This document shows, one piece after another, positions 40,724-53,308 of a DNA stretch of 64,000 nucleotides (the stretch's first letter is position 1; every line of letters starts with the position of its first letter). This DNA is from Macrostomum lignano. Its lineage: Eukaryota. The notes under the pieces were generated by a model. The model saw only the letters and a program-made list of their open reading frames with translations, did no database searches and was not told where the DNA came from. The stretch is taken from contig NIVC01001491.1 of NCBI GenBank assembly GCA_002269645.1, positions 62,001 through 126,000 of the forward strand, in the 5' to 3' direction. The position numbers and the translations under genes are program-made.

Positions 40724-43700
40724 CTCCCTACCCAAAGTGCACCTGGCAGCGGCAGTTGAACAATGGCAACCCGCACTCCACAGCAGCGCCTTCAGCGGGT
40801 GAGCTTTTAATTTAGCAACTTCTCAAACTTAATTTATACACTGAAAATATCAAAATCAGTGCATGAGGCAACTAACTATGGTTACACTGTGTAACCTGAC
40901 ACCACGGTATGGTCTGCTATGAGCAGATGATTGGAAATTTTTAGTGGACCTGCCATGTCACTTATAGCAGAATTGATGCTGCGGACGAGTCCGGGGGCGG
41001 GCAGGGCAGACAGACAGGCCAGTTTCCTGCCCGCCATCATTTCCGCACGAACGCTGTGTATGCAAGCGTCAGTTGAGACATAATTATTGAGCTTTGATTA
41101 CTGCGGACATGACAGCTCAGGCCCCGTTGGTCTCTTCTTCCTTGGAGGAGGCTTGAAGTGACCGCTAGATAATGATAGCAGCATCCATGTTGCCGATGCG
41201 GAGACAAGTGAAATCGATACACCCCCCAAGTTTGCATTATCCAAAACTTATAATTAACACTTTGCAGTGTGTATTAATAGTCATGGTGGCTGATTTCAAT
41301 AGGAACTAAATTTAAAATCACTTAAAAGATGTTTTATTATTTTATATTTAGGTCTTGCGAAGTTTAGGTCTAGTGAAGTTTAGGTCTTGTGAAGCTATTT
41401 TAGGTCTAGTGAAGTTTAGGTCTTGTGAAGCTATTTTAGGTCTAGTGAAGTTTAGGTCTTGTGAAGTTTAGGTTTTGTGAAGTTTAGGTCTTGTGAAGTT
41501 TAGGTCTTGTAAATTTTAGATCTTATGAAGTTTAGGTCTCGTGAAGTTTAGGTCTTGTGAAGCTTAGGTCTTGTGAAGTTTAGGTCTTGTGAAGTTCAGG
41601 TCTTGTTAAGTTTAGGTCTTGTGAAGTTTAGGCGCTGGGCTGATGCTTTTAGGTGATTTGCTGAATTTTAGGTTTTATGAATCCTGGCAAATTTCAGTCT
41701 TTATGAGTCTTATTCAAAACATCGCTTTCATTTGTCACGACCTTCCTCTTTGCCGCAGGCTATGGAAGTGTCCAGCAGCCCTCACTGGGCCACCTGTACG
41801 AGGATTCCGCACTGCAGAAGGATCTGGGACCTCAGCATCAGCCTCATCATCAGCAGCAGCAGCAACACCCACCGCAGCAGCAGCAGCAACAGCAGCAACA
41901 TCAGCATCAGCAGCAGCAGCAGCAGCAGCAGCACATCTCGCAGCCGTTCCACCAATCTCACTGGAGACCGCAAGGTAAATCTCAATTTCAAAGAAAAAAT
42001 CCCCAATCTAAAAAATCTGAGTTTTTTCTATCCTACTCATTTTCCCAAAGCTCAGTTTTGATTTATTGTGTCACGGAAGTTGACGATCCTACCATATTTG
42101 ATTTAAAAAAACATGGCATGCTCACGTTGAGCGAAATGACAGCTCGTGGAATTATGAGGCCACGTGCGCACTGAGCTCGGCCAGCTCACTGAGAGGGGAT
42201 ACTGGGTGGCGCCAGCCTCCCATGCAGGCACTCCCCCACGCGTCAAACAAGCCTTGGATACAAAACGTAGGAAGCTGGGAAATGATCTAACTGTGAACAC
42301 GATGTCTGTTTGATCGCGTTTCTTTAGAAACAAAATCAAGCTACCAATGCGTCGAATATAGAAACTGATGGCTGCTCATTCGTCATGCAGTTCTTGTCAC
42401 ATTTCTTCTGTTAGTTAGATATTTATGGCCCATTGTCACATTCCAAAAATCAGAAACTTTTTGCATAACATTTCTTCACACTGTCCCTATAGCAATGGTC
42501 TTCCAAAACCGCCCAAAGCACAGCGCCCATAGAACAGCGCTTATAGAACAGCGCCCACAGAACAGCACCCATACAGCAGCGCCCATAGAACAGCGCCCAT
42601 AGAACAGCGCCCATAGAACGGCGCCCATAGAACAGCGCCACCAGAAAAGCGCCCATAGAACAGCGCCCATAGAGCATGCAGCGCCCATAGAACAGCACCC
42701 ATAGAGCAGCGCCCATACCGGTAGAACAGCGTCCATATAACAGCGCCCGAGCATAGCGCCCATAGAAAAGCGCCACCAGAAAAGCGCCCATAGAACAGCG
42801 CCACCAGAAAAGCGCCCATAGAACAGCGCCCATAGAACAGCGCCTATAGAACAGCGCCCATAGAACAGCGCCCATAGAACAGCGCCACCAGAAAAGCGCC
42901 CATAGAACAGCGCCCATAGAACAGCGCCCATAGAACAGCGCCCATAGAACAGCGCCCCTAGAACAGCGCCCATAGAACAGCGCCCATAGAACAGCGCCCA
43001 TAGAACAGCGCCCATAGAACATCACCAACCGCACAGCGCCCAGTTTAACGACTCCATCTCTCTATTTTAGAAAATTCCCAACATAAAACAATCCATTAAG
43101 TACCAGCAGAATATGAGTGATTTGCTCATTATTACTGTGAGGGAGCATGGAAAGGACCTGGGCCATTGCACCACCATGCCACCATTTTCCTGAACATTTT
43201 TTGGCCTCCGCGGGTGGTCCGTCAGGGATGCATGCCCTGGAGTTCCAGTTAGAGAACAGCATCAGCAGGCGAGTGCATGCCTGGTGTGACAACAAAGCGT
43301 GGGATGTCGCGGTGCCCCACTGAGAGCTCGGAGTCGGCAGATAAGGGCGACCCATTGTTGCGATGCGGCAACCCGCTGCTTCGAGTTCCGCATAGCAGTG
43401 AGAAAAGTTTTAACAGAGCCTCTCAACTTACCAAAACAGCGGGGGCCGGAGGAAAAGGAGCAGTTAAATTTGGCTCATCAATTCGTCAGCAAAGTTTTTT
43501 GTCCAGGTTAGATAGGGGCTGTAGGGTCACCTGCTCATATTTATAATTGGCTAGTGGGTGTGGCAAGTGGTAATTATTACTATCGTATCAAGATTGAAAA
43601 ATGACACCCTGAAAACATCTTGTCTATGCAGCCCGCATTGGTTGGAGCGTTTTAGGACCATATTGGGATGTGCGTCCATATTTTTAATTGAGAAAAATCG

Positions 43701-44509
43701 AGGAACGTACAATGTTCTTTATTGTACCATGAGTGCATTTTGCAGCTCAGGGTACAGTTTGGGAATGAGGCTGTGGATCTAAAATGGCATCTATATCTAT
43801 CTAAAAAGCGCATGTAAAAGAATTCCGTGGTCGCCCACATCAAAATCCATCTTCAAATGCTCGCTTTTAGGTTTTGAATTCGAACTCATTCACAACCAGC
43901 TGTTCCTCACGCACCGTCACCCCAGCAGGCTCTGGCCAAATCCAGCTCTGGCAGTTCCTACTGGAGCTGCTCTCCGACAACCGCAACTCCGCCTGCATCG
44001 CCTGGGAGGGCACCAACGGCGAATTCAAGCTCTCCGACCCCGACGAGGTGGCCCGTCGATGGGGCGAGCGCAAGTCCAAGCCCAACATGAACTACGACAA
44101 GCTGAGCCGGGCGCTGCGCTACTACTACGACAAGAACATCATGTCGAAGGTGCACGGCAAGCGCTACGCTTACAAGTTTGACTTTGCCGGCCTCGCTCAG
44201 GCGATGCAGCCGCCTCAAGCTGCCGACCCGTCCACGGCCGCCGCCGCCTACAAGTACCAGCAGCAGTACCAGCAGGAACTGCTGGTCGGCTCCGCCGGTT
44301 ATTTTGCCGCCGCAGCCGCGACCAACGGCAAGCTGAACAACTTCTGCGGCATGATGGGCGGTGCTGCCGGGTTCTTCCCTGGCAACAGCGTTGGTGGCTA
44401 CTCCTCCTGGGCCGCCGCCGCCGGCAATCAGTCGGCCGCCGCCGCCGCCGCCGCATCGCTGTACCACCCGAACATCTCCGGCTACCCAGGCGCGCAATAC
44501 TATGCCTAG
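40724..44509 (+). CDS. ETS transcription factor of the ERG/FLI1/FEV class; exons 40724-40798, 41759-41974 (poly-Q/H), 43929-44509 (ETS domain and Ala-rich tail); 5' exons unresolved
   Basis: [17 protein letters not shown]...[61 protein letters not shown] is nearly identical to ERG-class ETS domains. The last exon is near certain; the two upstream exons are supported by GT-AG sites and phase-1 symmetry. Confidence 0.88.
41348..41630. repeat. 16-nt intronic minisatellite GTGAAGTTTAGGTCTT
   Basis: Tandem copies in ETS intron 40799-41758. Confidence 0.92.
42495..43040. repeat. 14-nt intronic minisatellite CAGCGCCCATAGAA
   Basis: Tandem copies in ETS intron 41975-43928. Confidence 0.94.
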
Positions 44510-44667
44510 GACAGTGAAATGTTTGACCCTGGAGTAAAAATCCTCTTTAGCAGTCTGGTTCAGAGACTTACAGCAGCACATAAGCAAGTTTCTGGGTCAT
44601 TATTTACCATTTCAATATCATGAACCAAAATAACCAAAGGTTGAACCAAAATAGGCCTCTCTCTGAT

Positions 44668-44704
44668 AGAATAGAATAGAATAAAATAGAATAGAATAGA
44701 AATA
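44668..44704. repeat. Short (AATAG)n tract
   Basis: Direct reading; abuts the MITE-like element. Confidence 0.8.
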
Positions 44705-44707
44705 GGG

Positions 44708-44821
44708 GGCCCGTTCTATAAAGCCATCGTAAGATAAGATCGTTCTTAGCTCCCATCTCTGCAGTGTAAAAGTTTCGACGTACGATCGAACTTACGCTAC
44801 GACAGCTTTATAGTAACGACC
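44708..44821. mobile_element. Small MITE-like element with imperfect ~30-nt terminal inverted repeats
   Basis: Left GGCCCGTTCTATAAAGCCATCGTAAG versus reverse complement of right end GGTCGTTACTATAAAGCTGTCGTAG; no clear target-site duplication. Confidence 0.55.
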
Positions 44822-46639
44822 TCAGAATTTCTATCCACAAAGTTATCAATTGGCACTTCTTTTTACAGAAGTTTAAAGACACGCTTAAATCGTTACATGG
44901 TCGGGAGTTTGCCGAACCCCTGGTTGCTTCAATTGAGTTGCTACTCCATGTCGAGGGTCTCCCTGGTGTAGAACAGCAGCTGGGCTTTGTTGGCAAGCAA
45001 ACATTTTTGTTCCCTTTTGCGTTTTTACTGAATTTCCTTATGTTATGAATTTGAGTTTCTGAATTTGCTTTCTCGTGTCTCGTAGGACTATTTTTGGCAA
45101 CAATATCCCATTTATAGCCTTGGTTCACATCGTGCTGATTAATTTCTCTGACTTCAAAAATTAATGTTAGTCATTTCGGGGCTTCGTCAGTGACTTGGTC
45201 TTCGGAAGTGTGACCTCTGCCTCTCTTTCTGCTTCTTCCGTCTATTGTGTTTTTTTACTAAAAACCAAACGGTGTCCCCGTGAGAGACCCATGATTAAAA
45301 CAATTTTTGTTGACAATAACCTACCTGCTCACCAAGAGTCCAATGCTCACTTGTTTAGCCTGGCTTTAAATACTCGGTTTTGTCACCTACGGATTGAAAT
45401 TTGTAGCTTGTTCTGTAAATAAAATTGCTCAGTTTTCAAGTTTGCAATTAAAAAAATTGACTCCAAGCATTCTTCTTCTGTTCGGTTGGCTCAGTGCCAA
45501 GTCAACAGGCTCTAAGAAGGGCAGCATGTCGAAAAGGATTTTCGCCTACAAGAGACGACACGTGCGAAAATACCCATTGAAAATTAGTCAGTCTGGAAAT
45601 CTTTTATATAGTTGTAAAAAATTAGAAACTGAATTAAAAAGATTTTTTTTGTTAATGTGAAGTGACTGTTGGTTAGTAATTTATAAGGGGGCACTTAATG
45701 CTGCGGAGACGTTGTCATGGTTGCTACAAGTATAATTACATGTAGTTTCAGAGAGCTTTGCAATAAAAAAGATCTTAGAGTGATTGCCTTATCGGGATCA
45801 GGGACGTTTAAACTACGAGTTAGAAGCCTGGATTGGGAATTTTGTGCTTTAAGAGGGCCGTTCTTGCCGTAACATTTCAAATTTTCGCTTGTTGACAGAA
45901 GTTGCTGTTAACGACATCGAGAGCTGGAAAGTGGAAAGCATGCAACGAAAAATATCATTTTTGGAGTGCAGTGTATGAAATGTTTGAATTTTTTGTAGAA
46001 ACCTTTTAGATACTTAAGATTGAAAATAAAATATGCAAAAATAGTTATTAAAATTGAGAAATTTAAGTACGATTCTCTTGTTGCCAGTCCAGATTCTATC
46101 TTCAGAACTCCCTGGTCGAATCAAAGCTAACTTGCGTTGCCTTCTTCCCCCAAGAACACGCGGTTCCCTACGATGTGGCACTCCCACTCCTCCCCTCATC
46201 CTCTCTCCTCGCTGTGCTCGCACAGGTAAATAGAGGTTGTGAGGAATTAAAATTGTGTAATTAGCTTCCTCAGTCCTTGACGAGATCCATTACTGCACCT
46301 AGCTCTGGGGAGCAAATGTCGAACCCTTGAGGCCTTCTCTTTCTTTCCTTCCTCCTTTCTCCATGTGATGACTATGTTAGATTATTATTAAGGCATACGG
46401 TATAAAGACGGACTCAGGCCAGAGCAGGACATCGCGCTTGTATCAGGCAGCCATGCGCAGGCTTTAATGAGAGAGTCAGAAATGATTGGACGGGCACCCG
46501 TATTTGACCGTGATTTTGGATAGCATAATTATGAGACTTTTAATTTGAGGAAGAGCATGGTTATGGTAGATGAAATAAATGAAAGTTGGGCTCTTGATGA
46601 TGCATTTTTGATGACATTCTATAAGAAAAGTGAATCTCC

Positions 46640-49600
46640 GTATTTAGATTCCTGTTGATGGGCGATTCTCCGTATTTAGATTAGATGGGCGATTCTCTCC
46701 TTATTTAGATTCTTGAAGATGGGCGATTCTCCGTATTTAGATTAGATGGGCGATTCTCTCCTTATTTAGATTCTTGAAGATGGGCGATTCTCCGTATTTA
46801 GATTAGATGGGCGATTCTCTCCTTATTTAGATTCTTGAAGATGGGCGATTCTCCGTATTTAGATTAGATGGGCGATTCTCTCCTTATTTAGATTCTTGAA
46901 GATGGGCGATTCTCCGTATTTAGATTAGATGGGCGATTCTCTCCTTATTTAGATTCTTGAAGATGGGCGATTCTCCGTATTTAGATTAGATGGGCGATTC
47001 TCTCCTTATTTAGATTCTTGAAGATGGGCGATTCTCCGTATTTAGATTAGATGGGCGATTCTCTCCTTATTTAGATTCTTGAAGATGGGCGATTCTCCGT
47101 ATTTAGATTAGATGGGCGATTCTCTCCTTATTTAGATTCTTGAAGATGGGCGATTCTCCGTATTTAGATTAGATGGGCGATTCTCTCCTTATTTAGATTC
47201 TTGCAGATGGGCGATTCTCTCCTTATTTAGATTCTTGCAGATGGGCGATTCTCTCCGTATTTAGATTCTTGCAGATGGGCGATTCTCCTTATTTAGATTC
47301 TTGCAGATGGGCGATTCTCCTTATTTAGATTCTTGCAGATGGGCGATTCTCCGTATTTAGATTCCTGCAGATGGGCGATTCTCTCCTTATTTAGATTCTT
47401 GAAGATGGTGATTCTCCGTATTTAGATTCCTGTGGATGGGCGATTCTCCGTATTTAGATTCTTGCAGATGGGCGATTCTCCGTATTTAGATTCCTGTGGA
47501 TGGGCGATTCTCCTTATTTAGATTCTTGCAGATGGGCGATTCTCTCCTTATTTAGATTCTTGCAGATGGGCGATTCTCTCCTTATTTAGATTCTTGCAGA
47601 TGGGCGATTCTCCGTATTTAGATTCCTGTGGATGGGCGATTCTCTCCTTATTTAGATTCTTGCAGATGGGCGATTATCTCCTTATTTAGATTCTTGCAGA
47701 TGGGCGATTATCTCCTTATTTAGATTCTTGCAGATGGGCGATTCTCCGTATTTAGATTCCTGCAGATGGGCGATTCTCCGTATTTAGATTCCTGCAGATG
47801 GGTGATTCTCCGTATTTAGATTCCTGCAGATGGGCGATTCTCCGTATTTAGATTCCTGCAGATGGGTGATTCTCCGTATTAAGATTCCTGCAGATGGGTG
47901 ATTCTCCGTATTTAGATTCCTGCAGATGGGTGATTCTCCGTATTTCGATTCCTGCAGATGGGCGATTCTCCGTATTTAGATTCCTGTGGATGGGCGATTC
48001 TCTCCTTATTTAGATTCTTTAAGATGGGTGATTCTCCGTATTTAGATTCCTGTAGATGGGCGATTCTCTCCTTATTTAGATTCTTGAAGATGGGTGATTC
48101 TCCGTATTTAGATTCTTGCAGATGGGCGATTCTCCTTACTTAGATTCTTGCAGATGGGCGATTCTCCGTATTTAGATTCCTGCAGATGGGCGATTCTCCG
48201 TATTTAGATTCCTGTGGATGGGCGATTCTCTCCTTATTTAGATTCTTTAAGATGGGTGATTCTCCGTATTTAGATTCCTGTAGATGGGCAATTCTCTCCT
48301 TATTTAGATTCTTGAAGATGGGTGATTCTCCGTATTTAGATTCCTGTGGATGGGCGATTCTCCGTATTTAGATTCTTGCAGATGGGCGATTCTCCGTATT
48401 TAGATTCCTGTGGATGGGCGATTCTCCTTATTTAGATTCTTGCAGATGGGCGATTCTCTCCTTATTTAGATTCTTGCAGATGGGCGATTCTCTCCTTATT
48501 TAGATTCTTGCAGATGGGCGATTCTCCGTATTTAGATTCCTGTGGATGGGCGATTCTCTCCTTATTTAGATTCTTGCAGATGGGCGATTCTCCTTATTTA
48601 GATTCTTGCAGATGGGCGATTCTCCGTATTTAGATTCCTGCAGATGGGTGATTATCTCCGTATTTAGATTCCTGCAGATGGGCGATTCTCCTTATTTAGA
48701 TTCCTGCAGATGGGTGATTCTCCGTATTTAGATTCCTGCAGATGGGCGATTCTCCTTATTTAGATTCCTGTGGATGGGCGATTCTCTCCTTATTTAGATT
48801 CTTGAAGATGGGTGATTCTCCGTATTTAGATTCCTGCAGATGGGCGATTCTCCGTATTTAGATTCCTGTGGATGGGCCATTCTCACCTTATTTAGATTCT
48901 TTAAGATGGGTGATTCTCCGTATTTAGATTCCTGTAGATGGGCGATTCTCTCCGTATTTAGATTCTTGAAGATGGGTGATTCTCCGTATTTAGATTCATG
49001 CAGATGGGCGATTATCTCCTTATTTAGATTCTTGCAGATGGGCGATTCTCCGTATTTAGATTCTTGCAGATGGGCGATTCTCCGTATTTAGATTCCTGCA
49101 GATGGGCGATTCTCCTTATTTAGATTCCTGTGGATGGGCGATTCTCTCCTTATTTAGATTCTTGAAGATGGGTGATTCTCCGTATTTAGATTCCTGCAGA
49201 TGGGCGATTCTCCGTATTTAGATTCCTGTGGATGGGCGATTCTCTCCGTATTTAGATTCTTGAAGATGGGTGATTCTCCGTATTTAGATTCCTGTGGATG
49301 GGCGATTCTCTCCGTATTTAGATTCTTGCAGATGGGCGATTATCTCCTTATTTAGATTCTTGCAGATGGGCGATTCTTCTTATTTAGATTCTTTAAGATG
49401 GGTGATTCTCCGTATTTAGATTCCTGTAGATGGGCGATTCTCTCCTTATTTAGATTCTTGAAGATGGGTGATTCTCCGTATTTAGATTCCTGCAGATGGG
49501 CGATTCTCCTTATTTAGATTCTTGCAGATGGGCGATTCTCTCCGTATTTACATTCTTGCAGATGTTCGATTCTCCTTATTTAGATTCTTGCAGATGGGCG

Positions 49601-50740
49601 ATTCTCCGTATTTGGATTCCTGCAGATGGGTGATTCTCCGTATTTAGATTCCTGCAGATGGGCGATTCTCCGTATTTAGATTCCTGTGGATGGGCGATTC
49701 TCTCCTTATTTAGATTCTTGAAGATGGGTGATTCTCCGTATTTAGATTCCTGCAGATGGGCGATTCTCCGTATTTAGATTCCTGTGGATGGGCGATTCTC
49801 TCCGTATTTAGATTCTTGAAGATGGGTGATTCTCCGTATTTAGATTCCTGTGGATGGGCGATTCTCTCCGTATTTAGATTCTTGCAGATGGGCGATTATC
49901 TCCTTATTTAGATTCTTGCAGATGGGCGATTCTTCTTATTTAGATTCTTTAAGATGGGTGATTCTCCGTATTTAGATTCCTGTAGATGGGCGATTCTCTC
50001 CTTATTTAGATTCTTGAAGATGGGTGATTCTCCGTATTTAGATTCCTGCAGATGGGCGATTCTCCTTATTTAGATTCTTGCAGATGGGCGATTCTCTCCG
50101 TATTTACATTCTTGCAGATGTTCGATTCTCCTTATTTAGATTCTTGCAGATGGGCGATTCTCCGTATTTGGATTCCTGCAGATGGGTGATTCTCCGTATT
50201 TAGATTCCTGCAGATGGGCGATTCTCCGTATTTAGATTCCTGTGGATGGGCGATTCTCTCCTTATTTAGATTCTTTAAGATGGGTGATTCTCCGTATTTA
50301 GATTCCTGTGGATGGGCGATTCTCCGTATTTAGATTCCTGTTGACGCGCGATTCTCCGTATTTAGATTCCTGTGGATGGGCGATTCTCCGTATTTAGATT
50401 CCTGTGGATGGGCGATTCTCCGTATTTAGATTCCTGCAGATGGGCGATTCTCCGTATTTAGATTCCTGTGGATGGGCCATTCTCTCCTTATTTAGATTCT
50501 TGAAGATGGGTGATTCTCCGTATTTAGATTCCTGCAGATGGGCGATTCTCCTTATTTAGATTCCTGCAGATGGGCGATTCTCTCCGTATTTAGATTCCTG
50601 TGGATGGGCGATTCTCTCCTTATTTAGATTCTTGAAGATGGGTGATTCTCCGTATTTAGATTCCTGCAGATGGGCGATTCTCCGTATTTAGATTCCTGTG
50701 GATGGGCCATTCTCATCTTATTTAGATTCTTGCAGATGGT
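46640..50740. repeat. ~4.1-kb satellite of 27-34-nt monomers (GATGGGCGATTCTCCGTATTTAGATTCCTGCA) with higher-order repeats
   Basis: 61-nt dimer period at ~46660-47190; rare variants recur at a 556-nt spacing around 49370-50170. Confidence 0.96.
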
Positions 50741-51917
50741 AGATTTTCCAAACCAAGTTGGATTCCGTGAGCCGAAGGGCATTTGACAAGCCATGATAGA
50801 GAAGTTTTATTTAATTATTTCAGAATTAAGATTGATGATCAACGTTTAAAATAAAAAAACGTCTTTCCGATCGTCCATTATTCATCAAGGTTGTTTTTTG
50901 TTAACTGTCGAACGTTTCTGTTTATCCAATTGAACAATGACGCAACTGCTACGGATGGGGTCTTTGATTTTCGAGCCCTTCATCAGTCGCGTGCAGCATT
51001 CATTCAATGCGCCCACCGGCTCGGCCAACAAGGACCTTTAAAATCGCCGGATTGGAAGCGAGTAGTGAAAATGGATTTTATTTTCCTTTTAGCACTAAAA
51101 AGACGGGAGTTCATTTTTTATAATTCGAGCAACAAGATATTCAAATTGGTTCAAAACATTTTCATGATTTTTGACTCCCTTGTGACACCCTGGATCCGTC
51201 ACTGTGTACATATTATTTGTAGTAAAACGACCCCTAGTTCGATTTAAAATGATCAGCCTCCAGTCCAATCGTTTTTTTTTTATAATTCGTGGTCCATGGA
51301 CACGGACTCGAATCATCAGAATCGGGCGCCGCCAGCAGCCACGTGACCTAGCAGGCGCCGTAATTTCCTGTGCCGGTCGATCGAGTTCTCATTTGCCGCA
51401 ATCAAACTGCTATGAACAGATAACCATTAACGCATGCCAAACTTCGGAAGCTTATCAAGAAATTCAAATAAACCGCAGGGTGCTTCGAACTGGCGATATT
51501 TTCATAATTGCCGGCCGAGAAATATTAGCTCGAATTACACACTCAAACCCACCCCCGTGTTGTCAGCATTAAGACAGCTGATGTCGTGCGGGGCCACCAT
51601 GCAGTGTCTTTGGAGGAGTTTTGTTCTTGTCTAACATTTCCTTTGTTGCGGCTGAGTCATCGAGGTTAACAATATATTAATAATGAAAATATTTGTAGGA
51701 GGTATTTGTAGCCTCCTTGGGTTGGCACTCGTTCTCCGGAGGTAGCTTGATTATATCCTCGTTTCTGTGAGAAAATTGAATTTTATGGCATATGAGCCAA
51801 TGCGCTGTTTCATGTCTTTGCAAGCGTGCTTACTACACTACTTATTTAGCATTAATAGTAGTAAAGTTTGGGCGTATCACAATTTTTCGACAAAAAAGAA
51901 GGAATTTTACATAAGTA

Positions 51918-52262
51918 GCTTAGTGTTGTCATGAGTAGCTTAGAGTTGTCATGAGTAGCTTAGGGTTGTCATGAGTAGCTTAGGGTTGTCATGAGTAGCT
52001 TAGGATTGTCATGAGTAGCTTAGGATTGTCATGAGTAGCTTAGAGTTGTCATGAGTAGCTTAGAGTTGTCATGAGTAGCTTAGAGTTGTCATGAGTAGCT
52101 TAGGGTTGTCATGAGTAGCTTAGGGTTGTCATGAGTAGCTTAGGATTGTCATGAGTAGCTTAGGATTGTCATGAGTAGCTTAGGATTGTCATGAGTAGCT
52201 TAGAGTTGTCATGAGTAGCTTAGAGTTGTCATGAGTAGCTTGGAGTTGCCGTGAGTAGCTTA
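51918..52262. repeat. 20-nt minisatellite AGCTTAG(A/G)GTTGTCATGAGT
   Basis: Tandem copies. Confidence 0.94.
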
Positions 52263-52931
52263 GCTTATGGGCGCTTGTGAATACAAGCCAGGATTTTCTG
52301 TTTCTGGAGTTGCGTCCGTGACGAAATATTTTTAGGGATAAGAAAGAGCAAGGCTCTCGATATCGTATGAAGTATTTTCATTTTTTTCGGAAATGCCTGA
52401 CTTAGGGGCTTTATATTGCGCTCTGTTAAGGTGCTGAAATTAGCGAAATTGGCTCTTGAGCACTCTCGAGTAATCGTTCTACCCGCATCGGATGCTTCAA
52501 TCCTCTCCTGGGTCTAAGCTCCATTGTTATTCAACAGGGCCATCTTGCAGCCCTCAGGCCTCATTCGAACCTTTTTTGAAAATCCCCTCAATTCTGGGCT
52601 GGAACTCAGAGCGGTCTCGGTGACGGCCTGATGGGGGACTCCGCCGCTTTCCCAGCTGGCAAGGCAGGCAGGTGGGGCAATTGAACAAATTTCAGGCAAT
52701 CGACTGGAGGCAGAGGGCTGACTACAATAGATCCTCACTCCTAAAGTATTCCCCCATATAATTTCTCTCTCTCTCTTCAGTATGCGCAATGTTTATTGGA
52801 GTATCCATGGCAACGAGGAGACAGCAATCTGCCGGAGAACCCAGTCCGGCAGCAGCAGAGAGCCCGACCGCCCCAGCCTCCCCAAGCTAACATCTGTCAT
52901 TGCTCTCGCCATCAGTTTGCGCGTACTCGCG

Positions 52932-52934
<3 letters not shown>

Positions 52935-52972
<38 letters not shown>
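52935..52972. repeat. (GA)n microsatellite upstream of the P4-ATPase gene
   Basis: About 19 GA units. Confidence 0.92.
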
Positions 52973-52976
<4 letters not shown>

Positions 52977-53308
52977 CCACCAGGAGGCCTGCCGGCACTG
53001 CCAGAAATGCAGGTCCGCTTGGCTAAAGGGGAGAGGCGGATCGCAGCGGGAGGGTAGAGAATGGGTAGCATAGACAGGCTTTGTTTCAGCCAGTCTCAGC
53101 CTCATCGCCCAAACCTCCATTCCCAAACTCAAGCCGCGTCCGCCCCAAACTCATTTAAGCCTGTTTCAGCGCGAACCCATCTATATGAAGGAATTTTCCC
53201 GACTCCCACACTACCGTAGCTTCCCGCACTCCAACACCACAGCCTCCCAGTAGTGCAACATCTGTCTTCAAGCGCAACAGAGTTACCCGGCGGAGTAGCT
53301 TAGCAACG

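Noticed and set aside
31610-43034. Long repetitive ORFs ([55 protein letters not shown], poly-SPLL and others)
   Set aside because: All are translations of tandem repeats, open in several frames and on both strands
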